Below are positions 9,038 to 17,224 of a stretch of DNA of 44,445 nucleotides, piece after piece. Origin of the DNA: an uncultured Dehalococcoidales bacterium. GTDB taxonomy: Bacteria; Chloroflexota; Dehalococcoidia; Dehalococcoidales; UBA5627. Where the stretch lies: positions 1 to 44,445 of the forward strand of contig CAZJMW010000002.1 of NCBI GenBank assembly GCA_964547375.1. The letters are read 5' to 3'. The first letter of the stretch is position 1, and the number at the start of each line of letters is the position of its first letter. The notes below the pieces were generated by a model. It was not told the origin of the DNA. It worked only from the letters and a program-made list of their open reading frames with translations, and made no database searches. The translations under genes and the position numbers were made by a program.

Positions 9038-9066
9038 AATATAACATGGTGTTATAAAAAAGTCAA
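9038..9066 (-). promoter_or_regulatory. Sigma-70-like promoter of the RHH-LemA-Nudix-2H operon (TTGACT-17 nt-TATATT)
   Basis: On the minus strand the -35 TTGACT is at 9066..9061 and the -10 TATATT at 9043..9038, with a 17-nt spacer. Three TATAACA half-sites (9030..9036, 9040..9046, and inverted at 9050..9056) overlap it. Confidence 0.45.
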
Positions 9067-9113
9067 CTATTGAAATTCATAAAAAGAAAAATTAGTGTAA
9101 GGTATTAATAAAG

Positions 9114-9182
9114 ATTGAGCGAAACGAAGAGTCTAAATGCCATTCGAATAGCCTTAGATACTTCATTTCATTCAGGATGACA
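9114..9182. repeat. Family A palindromic repeat (left arm truncated or diverged)
   Basis: Positions 9131..9182 are an exact 52-bp copy of 6203..6254. The left arm attgagcgaaacgaagag is a diverged version of the family arm. Confidence 0.85.
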
Positions 9183-9654
9183 GGACAGCAGATGTTTTAC
9201 AGAATTGTCGCTTTAGCAGGTTAAGGCATAACTAATATCGCTGATATTGAAAAGTAAACACCAAAAATAAAAATGTCATTCTGGGCATATATGCATAAAA
9301 TGTGTGATAATTATGGGAGATTATTGAGGCACACGACGATATATTGTCTGTTTCTCAAGAGCATTATTTAACAATTTAGTCCAGAGTTCGTTTGATGAGA
9401 ACTATAATCCTTAAACCAGTTTAATAATCATGGTTTTATATTACTCTTGAATCAAAGCTAATATTAGGGGTAAAAATCACACAATTTCGAGTAATATGCC
9501 CATTCTGAAGTCACAGGGGGTGACTGAAGAATCTGGTGGGTGGGGAGAAACAGGCAAAACGGATTCCACGGCATCAGTGGTAAATGGCGTTATAAACCCC
9601 CGCCCCGGATGCTTCATTTGTCCCTCACGAATTCAGCATGACAATGCGGTAACC

Positions 9655-9749
9655 GACATTCTGAGCCATGATGAAATCCTGACGAATCCAGATGTATTGA
9701 GATAAGGGTTATCGAATGGTCTTAGATCCTTCACTTCGTTCATGATAAC
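9655..9749. repeat. Degenerate family A palindromic repeat
   Basis: gacattctgagccatgatgaaatcc ... ttatcgaatggtc ... ttagatccttcacttcgttcatgataac. It has the same arm and loop architecture as 18541..18615. Confidence 0.6.
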
Positions 9750-9813
9750 AATTTAATCGTTTATCTATTTGCTATATATGTAAACAATAGGGGCGGACGA
9801 CCGGTGGTCCTCC

Positions 9814-11031
9814 CTACGGTTTATACACTTTCGTTTTCAGTCCCTTTTGCATAGAAGTGCATATCAACCCTTTATCCGCCATTTCGGCCACACAGCGGTT
9901 GCAGTGGTCGCAGTCGGTAGCGGTAATCTCTTCAGCCTGCAATTTCTTAACGAAAGCGGGGTCTCGGATAATAGCCCTGCCGACCTGCACGAACTCGAAT
10001 CCTTCCTGCATAAGCGTATTCATATTATCCAGCGAGCAAACGCCGCCGATATAAATAACCGGTATTTTCACGGCATCTTTTATGCGTTTTACCTGCTCCA
10101 AAAGGAACAGTTCCTTGAACGGCACTTCTTTGACGATAAAACGCCCGAACAACGCCATTCCTGTTTTCATGAAGGGATTCTTTTCCGACCTTATGTATTC
10201 CCGTATCGGCACCTGTCCGCGCATCATGTAAAAAGACGTCCTGGCGGTAAATCCGCAACTGGGAACGAGGGCGGAAGCCCCGGCTGCTTCAAAGCATTTA
10301 GCAGCTTCCACTGCTTCTTCGATATGCAAACCGTTTTTAAAACCGTCATCGACATTCATTTTGACGATTACCGGGTAGTCTTTTCCTACTGCATTCCTGA
10401 CATGTCTGATTACTGCAGCAGGAAATCTGAGGCGGTTTTCCAGTGAGCCCCCGTATTCATCTTTGCGTTTATTCGTCCACGGAGATAAAAACTGGCTCAA
10501 GAGATAGCCGTGCCCGGCATGGATTTCGACGGCATCGAATCCGGCTTCGACAGCCATCTTGGCGGCTCTGGCGAAGTCATTCTTTACTCTTTGCATATCG
10601 GTTGCGGTCATCTCGCGGCAGATGCTGTACCTGAAGAGGCACAATTTGCGCGAAGGCCCGATGGGATGTTTGCCGCTGGCGCTTTTATTGGCGAAGAAAC
10701 CGCAGTGCCCCAGTTGTATGGAGGCAGCGGCTCCTTTTTTGTGCACTGCGTCAGTCAATTTTTTCAAATGCTGTACAATCTCTTTACGCATCCACATTTC
10801 GTGCGAAAAGGCCACCCCGTCGCGCGATACGGCGCAATAGGAAACGGTGGTCATGGCGGCGCCTCCGGCGGCAACGCTTTTGTGATGCTCGATTAACTCG
10901 TCCGAAGGGGTGGCGTGGGGAGACATCCCTTCGAAACACCCGGAGCGGATGATACGGTTGCGCAGTTCTAAATTGCCTATGCTGGCGGGAGTAAAAATCC
11001 TGTGATTGTTTGTTTGGTGTGTCTGATGCAT
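9814..11031 (-). CDS. NADH:flavin oxidoreductase, Old Yellow Enzyme family
   Basis: 405 aa. The TIM-barrel OYE signature regions are RNRIIRSGCFEGM, IQLGHCG and FDAVEIHAGHGYLLSQFLSPWTNKRKDEYGGSLENRLRF. Confidence 0.9.
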   Translation of the reverse strand: MHQTHQTNNHRIFTPASIGNLELRNRIIRSGCFEGMSPHATPSDELIEHHKSVAAGGAAMTTVSYCAVSRDGVAFSHEMWMRKEIVQHLKKLTDAVHKKGAAASIQLGHCGFFANKSASGKHPIGPSRKLCLFRYSICREMTATDMQRVKNDFARAAKMAVEAGFDAVEIHAGHGYLLSQFLSPWTNKRKDEYGGSLENRLRFPAAVIRHVRNAVGKDYPVIVKMNVDDGFKNGLHIEEAVEAAKCFEAAGASALVPSCGFTARTSFYMMRGQVPIREYIRSEKNPFMKTGMALFGRFIVKEVPFKELFLLEQVKRIKDAVKIPVIYIGGVCSLDNMNTLMQEGFEFVQVGRAIIRDPAFVKKLQAEEITATDCDHCNRCVAEMADKGLICTSMQKGLKTKVYKP

Positions 11032-11095
11032 ATATTTCTACTTTTATTGTTTAATGGATAGACTTAATACTTTCCGTTTGTTCCCAGATATATTG

Positions 11096-12139
11096 TTAAT
11101 TGGATTTATTATCGTAGTTCCCCAAGTTGATTAATGCCCGCTGAATCATTTTATTTATTTCCGGGGTCTCGTTAATCCAAATCATTTTCACTTCCGGATG
11201 TTCCAGGCGATAAACTCTAAATATTTCATCGGCAAATGCCTGCCCTATCATCTCTATCCCCTCGAAGTCCAATAGTACTTCTTGAAATTGTTCAAATCTG
11301 GCTAACAATCGTTTGGCTTGAGAACGTGAGACGAGTTGTTCCCCTTTATATCTTGCCAATTCTATTGGAATATGAGTTTTAGTAAAACCAAAGTCGCCTT
11401 TTTCAGGGGCATATTCGTCAAATACCTGTTGAATAGTTCTTTTTGAGTTTAATGATATTTCCATAATAACCATAGTGCCGTCTTGTGTGCTATCTCTTGA
11501 TTCCACCAACCAATCGCTATCTTCTTTACTTAAACGGATATAATGCAATGGATTTGATAGTATCGAAAAACTATCAAACATACGAGATGTAAAGAATATT
11601 CCTTCACCTGAATGATGTTGGGGGTCTGAGGTAAGCTTTCCCTTTGTAAGTTCCAATAAGGCATGTCTCGGATCATTTAAGTTGAAATCCCTCTGGATCT
11701 TGTTAAATATTCCTATACCTGAATCTAAGATACATAGTTCAATATTAATAGCATTGCGTATTATGCTATAAAAAACACTATTTGACTCAGAATGATCGAA
11801 TACATTACGCATAATTTCTGTAAAACCATACTGACAAATGTCCAATACATTTGGATTCAAATCTTTTACATATGGAAATATATCCTCTCTCCATAAAACA
11901 TCCTCTTGTAAACCCAAAGTTACATTTTTTAAAAATTGTTTTTCAATTAAATTAATCATCTCATATTTGCGTGATCGTGTCTTGCCCGTAGCGGTAATCA
12001 ATCCTTCATCGATTAATTTAGTAAGATAGTTTACTATGGTTTGTCTTGATAACTTGAACTCGTTGGCTGTGAAGGTAGCTATATCATTCGGGTGTTCAGC
12101 TATATTATTTAAAATAAATTCTCTTATTACATTATCCAT
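11096..12139 (-). CDS. Fusion protein: winged-HTH, GHKL (histidine-kinase-like) ATPase, and a C-terminal STAS-like (DUF4325-type) domain
   Basis: The wHTH is FKLSRQTIVNYLTKLIDEGLITATGKTRSRKY. The GHKL N-box is EIMRNVFDHS, the G1 box is ILDSGIGIF and the G2 box is SGEGIFF. The C-terminal VLLDFEGIEMIGQAFADEIFRVY is typical of STAS-like DUF4325. The gene is visibly AT-rich. Confidence 0.75.
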   Translation of the reverse strand: MDNVIREFILNNIAEHPNDIATFTANEFKLSRQTIVNYLTKLIDEGLITATGKTRSRKYEMINLIEKQFLKNVTLGLQEDVLWREDIFPYVKDLNPNVLDICQYGFTEIMRNVFDHSESNSVFYSIIRNAINIELCILDSGIGIFNKIQRDFNLNDPRHALLELTKGKLTSDPQHHSGEGIFFTSRMFDSFSILSNPLHYIRLSKEDSDWLVESRDSTQDGTMVIMEISLNSKRTIQQVFDEYAPEKGDFGFTKTHIPIELARYKGEQLVSRSQAKRLLARFEQFQEVLLDFEGIEMIGQAFADEIFRVYRLEHPEVKMIWINETPEINKMIQRALINLGNYDNKSN

Positions 12140-12184
12140 ATTATGTTCCTTTTGATTAATATATTATCAATTATTAATGTATAT

Positions 12185-12213
12185 ATTGTAAAGCAAATTA
12201 TAAGTATTGTCAA
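12185..12213 (-). promoter_or_regulatory. Sigma-70-like promoter for the wHTH-GHKL-STAS gene (TTGACA-17 nt-TACAAT)
   Basis: On the minus strand the -35 TTGACA is at 12213..12208 and the -10 TACAAT at 12190..12185, with a 17-nt spacer. The AT-rich leader has a partial palindrome, TTGAT...ATCAA. Confidence 0.4.
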
Positions 12214-12279
12214 GGTATTATGGATAAATTGTAAAAACATAGCATGATGGATATATTGAGGCAAAGGTCTGACTAATTT

Positions 12280-13560
12280 CTATTTAGTATATCTGCGGCG
12301 TACTATCGACAGCCCGCCGAAAGCGGGAGTAAGCAGCTGCACTTCGATAATCTCTCCGGCTGAAAGCGCATCAACACCCTCCGGTATGCAGATAAAACAG
12401 GTGGCGTTGGCGATGGATTGCAGGCGGCTGCGGTTTTGATAGGGTGTAACCTGGTATTCCCCGTTTTTGTATGCCAGCACGGCAGATTTAAACTCTGACC
12501 AATCGCGGTGGCGGCTGACCACGTCTTTAGTCAGCTTTGCAAATACCGTCGGCAGCGGGTGTCTTTTTTGTCCTTCCATTTTTAGTATGCCGGGAAGCGC
12601 CAGTTGAAGGAAAGCCATTTCGTTACTGGCAGGGCCGCCCGGCAGGCAGAAGACCGGCTTATTATTCCACAATCCGAAAGAAACGCCCTTGCCAGGCCCC
12701 ATACGTACGTTAGCGAATTTTTTATGCCATGCAAGTTCATCGAGTATACCGACGGTCAGGTCGCGCTCGCTTCCCCACGCCCCGCCGCTTGTTAATATTA
12801 CATCTGAGATGGTATAGAGGTCTTCCAGTTTGCTGCGAATGGCGGCTCTGTCGTCTTTAACCACAGCGGTCTGGCAGGGGAATCCGAACGAATCCAGCCA
12901 GGCGGCGATGGTTACCAGGTTGCTGGCATATAGCTGCCCGGGGTGCAAATGCCCGCCCGGCGCAACCACTTCATCCCCGATGGCTATTATGGCTACACGC
13001 GGTTTGCGGTAGACCCTGGCACTTGAAATGCCGGCTGAAGCTATCAGCCCGAGGTCTCCGGGAAGCAGCACGCGTCCGGCCGGTGCAAGTTCCTCACCCT
13101 TTCTCAGGTCGGCTGCCGCAGCCAGTATATTCTGTCCTTTTTTTGCTGTTTTTGTAATTATTATACATTCGGGTGTTACTTCACATAACTCACCGGCAAT
13201 CACCGTATCCGTCCCGGATGGAATGGGAGCGCCCGAGCATATGTTTACGGCGCATCCTTTTGGAACTTCACCTTTAAACGCAGTACCGGCAAAGGCCGAG
13301 CCGATGTTTTTCAGGCAGACCGGATTTTTTACCGAAGCGGTAGCGACGTCTTCATATCTGACGGCGAAGCCGTCTTTGAGAGATACATCCGAGGAAGGAT
13401 TATCCAACAGCGAATAGAGGTTTTCCGCCAGTACGCGGTTATTGCAGAGGTCAAGAGACAGTTCCTCGACCCCGACCTGTTTGCAATGAGACCTGACCAG
13501 AGCCAATGCCCTCGCAAACCCGGTATAGTTTTCACCCTCATCGATTTCCGAATAGGACAT
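12280..13560 (-). CDS. moeA: Molybdopterin molybdotransferase MoeA
   Basis: It has MoeA N-terminal, MoCF-biosynthesis and C-terminal domains (VAIIAIGDEVV, ILTSGGAWGSERD, FCLPGGPASN). I chose the ATG at 13560 (AAGGAA RBS 6 nt upstream); the track's longer ORF starts at a GTG at 13584. Confidence 0.88.
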   Translation of the reverse strand: MSYSEIDEGENYTGFARALALVRSHCKQVGVEELSLDLCNNRVLAENLYSLLDNPSSDVSLKDGFAVRYEDVATASVKNPVCLKNIGSAFAGTAFKGEVPKGCAVNICSGAPIPSGTDTVIAGELCEVTPECIIITKTAKKGQNILAAAADLRKGEELAPAGRVLLPGDLGLIASAGISSARVYRKPRVAIIAIGDEVVAPGGHLHPGQLYASNLVTIAAWLDSFGFPCQTAVVKDDRAAIRSKLEDLYTISDVILTSGGAWGSERDLTVGILDELAWHKKFANVRMGPGKGVSFGLWNNKPVFCLPGGPASNEMAFLQLALPGILKMEGQKRHPLPTVFAKLTKDVVSRHRDWSEFKSAVLAYKNGEYQVTPYQNRSRLQSIANATCFICIPEGVDALSAGEIIEVQLLTPAFGGLSIVRRRYTK

Positions 13561-13707
13561 TTTGATTTCCTTTATAATTACCACTCTGAGGTCACGGATT
13601 ATGAATAATAAAATGAAATTGTAAGCCGCTCGTGTCCTTCTATAAACTCAGGATGCTTGGAGATTGTCGAATCCATAGCGGCGTGGACGATTAACTGTTT
13701 TTATATT

Positions 13708-13743
13708 CCGTCTTAGACCCTTCGACACGCTCAGGGCGAGCGG
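13708..13743. repeat. Dispersed repeat, family C (CCTTCGACAnGCTCAGG...GAGCGG)
   Basis: ccgtcttagacccttcgacacgctcagggcgagcgg. Related copies lie at 21391..21430, 27700..27734 (inverted) and 42138..42188. Confidence 0.7.
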
Positions 13744-13816
13744 AATATATTTATCCTCCTTATGTTAATCGTCTTTATTTTATCTTGTTTATGCCAATAT
13801 TGTATTGATATGCCGT

Positions 13817-14839
13817 TTATTTCCCGAACGGGCAAACCGGGAAGACGCATTCCTCGCAATCGAGGCACATTCCGCCGTGAGCCAGCTCTACAATATCCTG
13901 CCTGGTGATTTTATCTCCGGCCAGCATGCGCGGCAGTAAAACGTCGATGATGGTTGTCTTTTTAAAGATAACGGCACCGGGGGCGCCGAGAATTGGGACA
14001 TCTCCCAGTTCGGCCACCAGCACCATAGCGCCCGGCATTACCGGCACGCCACAGGATATAATTTTTGCTCCGCTTTTGGCGACGCCTTCGGCGGTAACGT
14101 CATCGGGGTCTACCGAAAGCCCGCCGCATGTGATAATGACCTCGCAGCCTTTTGCTTTCGCGTCCAGAATAGCTCCGGCAATTTTGTCCTCGTCATCCGG
14201 CACGATTACCTGGCTGATGACAGACGAACCCAGTTTTTCGATTTTCTTGCGCATGACAGCGGCAAATTTATCTTCGGTGATGCCCTTGAAGATTTCATTT
14301 CCGGTAATAATCATGCCGACTTTTTTAGGCATGAAGGGGAGAACATCCACCACTTTCCCCTTATTACTGCATAACTCTTCCAGCTTTTTCAGATTATCTT
14401 CCGCGGTAAAGAGCGGGATAATCTTGGTTCCGGCGATGATTTCTCCCGTTTTGCAGGTTACATTATTATGACGTGCGGCGATAATGATATCCTCGATGGA
14501 ATGGATTTCGTATAGCAAACTTTTATTAATCTTAATCACACCGTCCACAGTAGCTTTCAGGTTGACTCTGCCCTGACGGGGGTCGGTCAGCTTCAGATTG
14601 TTTCCGGCAATTGCTTTGGCAATGCGTATGGCCGCTTCCTCTTCGTGTACCTGGTCTTCTTCCTTTTCGATAATATAGATGTGTTCTTTTCCCATGCCGA
14701 GCAGTTCTGGGATATCCTCTTTTTTGATAACATCTCCGCGGCGGAACCGGGGTCCGTCATAGACACCGGGAATTGTTTTAGTCATGTCATGGCCGACCAC
14801 CAGCCCGACGGCATCTTCTGTTTTAACTTTTTTAAGCAA
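13817..14839 (-). CDS. Molybdopterin-binding (MoCF-biosynthesis domain) protein, MoeA-related, with a Cys-rich C-terminus
   Basis: KVGMIITGNEIF and VIITCGGLSVDPDDVT resemble the MogA/MoeA cofactor-binding fold. The C-terminus is CLDCEECVFPVCPFGK. The start is TTG with a GAGGAGAA RBS. Confidence 0.72.
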   Translation of the reverse strand: MLKKVKTEDAVGLVVGHDMTKTIPGVYDGPRFRRGDVIKKEDIPELLGMGKEHIYIIEKEEDQVHEEEAAIRIAKAIAGNNLKLTDPRQGRVNLKATVDGVIKINKSLLYEIHSIEDIIIAARHNNVTCKTGEIIAGTKIIPLFTAEDNLKKLEELCSNKGKVVDVLPFMPKKVGMIITGNEIFKGITEDKFAAVMRKKIEKLGSSVISQVIVPDDEDKIAGAILDAKAKGCEVIITCGGLSVDPDDVTAEGVAKSGAKIISCGVPVMPGAMVLVAELGDVPILGAPGAVIFKKTTIIDVLLPRMLAGDKITRQDIVELAHGGMCLDCEECVFPVCPFGK

Positions 14840-15005
14840 CGGTATTCTCCTCGTTTAAAAGTCGGTAAAATGTTATCAATAGGTTAAACTATTATACGAA
14901 TTTTTACAAGATATTATGGGTCGTTAGCAGGTTGGTTGTTACTGTATTTATCCGTCCGGATATCCTAAAATAATAATAGTAATATCGATTTCAGGTTTTA
15001 TTATT

Positions 15006-15557
15006 ATGATTGTAAGAGTCAATAATACCACCATATCGCTAATAAAGGGCGACATCACGCTGCAAAAAACGGATGCTATCGTCAATGCTGCCAACTCCGG
15101 GCTTTTGGGTGGGGGAGGGGTGGATGGCGCCATTCACAGGGCTGGCGGTTCTTTGATACTCGAAGAGTGTAAAAAGATAGTGGAGAAGCAGGGGAGATTG
15201 CCGGCTGGTCAAGCAGTTATTACAACCGCAGGCAAACTGGCTGCCAAATATGTCATCCACACGGTCGGCCCGATATGGAAGGGCGGAAAAGCCAATGAAG
15301 CGTCAATTCTGTCGAGTGCCTATACCGAGAGCCTCGGGCTGGCTGAAAAACACGGCATCAAAAGTATTGCCTTTCCGTCGATTAGCACCGGGGCATATGA
15401 ATATCCACTAGAAGCGGCAGCTTCAATCGCAGTTGCCTCTATCGTCAAGTTTGCCAAAGAAGAAGCCGTATCAATAAAAGAAATCGTGTTAGTTTTATTT
15501 AACGATGCCGCTTATGAAAACTATGCCGGCGCTCTCGCAAAAATATCGCAACTATAA
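15006..15557 (+). CDS. Macro-domain protein (ADP-ribose / O-acetyl-ADP-ribose hydrolase, YmdB-like)
   Basis: [36 protein letters not shown] and [12 protein letters not shown] are canonical macro-domain motifs. Confidence 0.9.
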   Translation: MIVRVNNTTISLIKGDITLQKTDAIVNAANSGLLGGGGVDGAIHRAGGSLILEECKKIVEKQGRLPAGQAVITTAGKLAAKYVIHTVGPIWKGGKANEASILSSAYTESLGLAEKHGIKSIAFPSISTGAYEYPLEAAASIAVASIVKFAKEEAVSIKEIVLVLFNDAAYENYAGALAKISQL

Positions 15558-15736
15558 CATCTTACAACTCCCCGAATCTAAAATGTGTAACGGTCGGATA
15601 TAGTATCGATTGTCTTTTGTTAAATTGCATTGCGATGTCGATAATCGCCTGTCGTTTTAGTTCATGTCACGTTTCCTTGAGTTTTGATTAGCGGTAAAAG
15701 GTGGATTGAATTACCGATTTATGATACCTTATTATT

Positions 15737-16291
15737 ATGAGAGTAATCGCAGGTGAAGCCAAGGGATGTCCGATTATAGCCCCGCCGGGTTTGAGAACAC
15801 GCCCGGCTACCGAGCTGGTGCGGGGCGCCATCTTTTCCATTCTGTATGGTGTTGCCAATGACTGGCAGCTTGTACTCGACCTCTTTTCCGGCAGCGGTTC
15901 GCTGGGTATAGAAGCCTTAAGCCGGGGGGCGGGCTGGGTGGATTTTGTTGAGCAGACACCCCGATGTTGTGCTATAATAAAGCAGAATCTTGAGAAGACC
16001 AGGTTTACCGAGTTTGCGCATGTTCATTGCGCCGATGTGGTAAAAGCAATATCTTTTCTCGATAAGGAGTACAATATAATTCTGATGGATCCTCCCTACG
16101 CGAGTCCATTAATAAACACCATAATAGAACAACTGGCAAACTCGAAGATTGTCGGTAATGACTCTGTGCTTGTGGTTACCCACTCAAAGCGCCGTCCCCT
16201 TAATACAGACTATGCCTCTTTGCATCTCTTTAAAGAACACCGTCACGGCGATAGTTCTATCGCTTTTTTCAGAAAGGAGCCCGTATCTTGA
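15737..16291 (+). CDS. rsmD: 16S rRNA (guanine966-N2)-methyltransferase RsmD
   Basis: MRVIAGEAKG...RTRPATELVRGAIFSIL, LDLFSGSGSLGIEALSRG and the DPPY motif. Confidence 0.9.
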   Translation: MRVIAGEAKGCPIIAPPGLRTRPATELVRGAIFSILYGVANDWQLVLDLFSGSGSLGIEALSRGAGWVDFVEQTPRCCAIIKQNLEKTRFTEFAHVHCADVVKAISFLDKEYNIILMDPPYASPLINTIIEQLANSKIVGNDSVLVVTHSKRRPLNTDYASLHLFKEHRHGDSSIAFFRKEPVS

Positions 16292-16776
16292 TTACTGCCA
16301 TTTATCCGGGAAGTTTCGACCCGATTACCAACGGCCATATCGATGTTGCCAAAAGGGCAGCAACTATCTTCGGCAAGGTTGTTATCGGCGTTTTCGAAAA
16401 GCCGATGAAAATTGTTACCTTCAGCCTTGAAGAAAGGGTGAATATGGCGCGCGAGGCTGTAAAAGACATACCTAATATAGAAGTAAAGCCTTTTTACGGG
16501 CTTGCCGTCGATTTTGCCAAAGAAGTAAATGCCAATGTCATGGTGAGGGGCTTAAGAGTCAGCGCCGATTTTGAACGTGAATTCGATATGGCGATGATGA
16601 ACCGAAAGCTCTCGCCGGAACTGGAACTGGTGTGTTTTATGGCCAGACCTGAATATCAATTCCTCAGGTCGAGCCTTTTAAAAGAGGTTGCCCGGGTGGG
16701 GGGGGATGTTACCAATTTTGTCCCGGCGCATGTTGCCCGCGCTCTGAAAGAAAAGAACGGGAACAGTCCGATATAA
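16288..16776 (+). CDS. coaD: Phosphopantetheine adenylyltransferase
   Basis: The TTG start overlaps the rsmD stop, with an AAAGGAG RBS at 16273..16279. AIYPGSFDPITNGHIDV is the nucleotidyltransferase H/TxGH motif. Confidence 0.93.
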   Translation: MITAIYPGSFDPITNGHIDVAKRAATIFGKVVIGVFEKPMKIVTFSLEERVNMAREAVKDIPNIEVKPFYGLAVDFAKEVNANVMVRGLRVSADFEREFDMAMMNRKLSPELELVCFMARPEYQFLRSSLLKEVARVGGDVTNFVPAHVARALKEKNGNSPI

Positions 16777-16847
16777 AAAGCGAACCGGGTTATCTTAGAT
16801 TTATAAACATGCTAAAATAGTAGCTAAGTCAGGAGGAAACAAATCTA

Positions 16848-17114
16848 ATGGCGTACATGATCAATGAGGATTGCATAAGTTGCGGCGCCTGTGAAGCGGA
16901 ATGTCCTAATCAGGCCATTTCTGAAGGAGAAACTACTTATTGTATCGATCCGAACAAGTGCACCCAGTGTGTGGGTAGCTATTCGACACAGCAGTGTGCC
17001 GATATCTGTCCGGTCAGCGCATGTGTTCCCGACCCGAATCACCAGGAATCCCATGAAGAGTTATTGGCCAAGTGGCAGGCATTGCATCCAGGCGAAACTC
17101 CCAAAGAAGACTAA
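16848..17114 (+). CDS. 4Fe-4S ferredoxin (YfhL-like)
   Basis: CISCGACEAECP and CTQCVG...CADICPVSAC cluster motifs, with an AGGAGGAA RBS. Confidence 0.85.
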   Translation: MAYMINEDCISCGACEAECPNQAISEGETTYCIDPNKCTQCVGSYSTQQCADICPVSACVPDPNHQESHEELLAKWQALHPGETPKED

Positions 17115-17224
17115 TAGGAATTCTCCGTTATCACGTTAAAGAAACTTTTATTACCCTGCTGACACCTGGTGCGGGTTATGCTGTCTGCGGGTATTTAATT
17201 CATCGATAAAAATTCACATGCTGT

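Noticed and set aside
9496-9705. 69-aa ORF on the plus strand in the 9038..9813 intergenic region
   Set aside because: It is assembled from repeat sequence: the cattctgaagtcac...gtgactgaagaatc hairpin at its start and the family A copy from 9655 at its end. It has no RBS and an implausible composition, so I treat it as a spurious translation of repeats.
14840-15005. Moco riboswitch upstream of the molybdopterin genes
   Set aside because: The minus-strand leader before the TTG at 14839 is short and AT-rich, with an immediately adjacent GAGGAGAA RBS. There is no room or sequence for the ~130-nt Moco motif. The 13561..13816 spacer is occupied by family C-type repeats.
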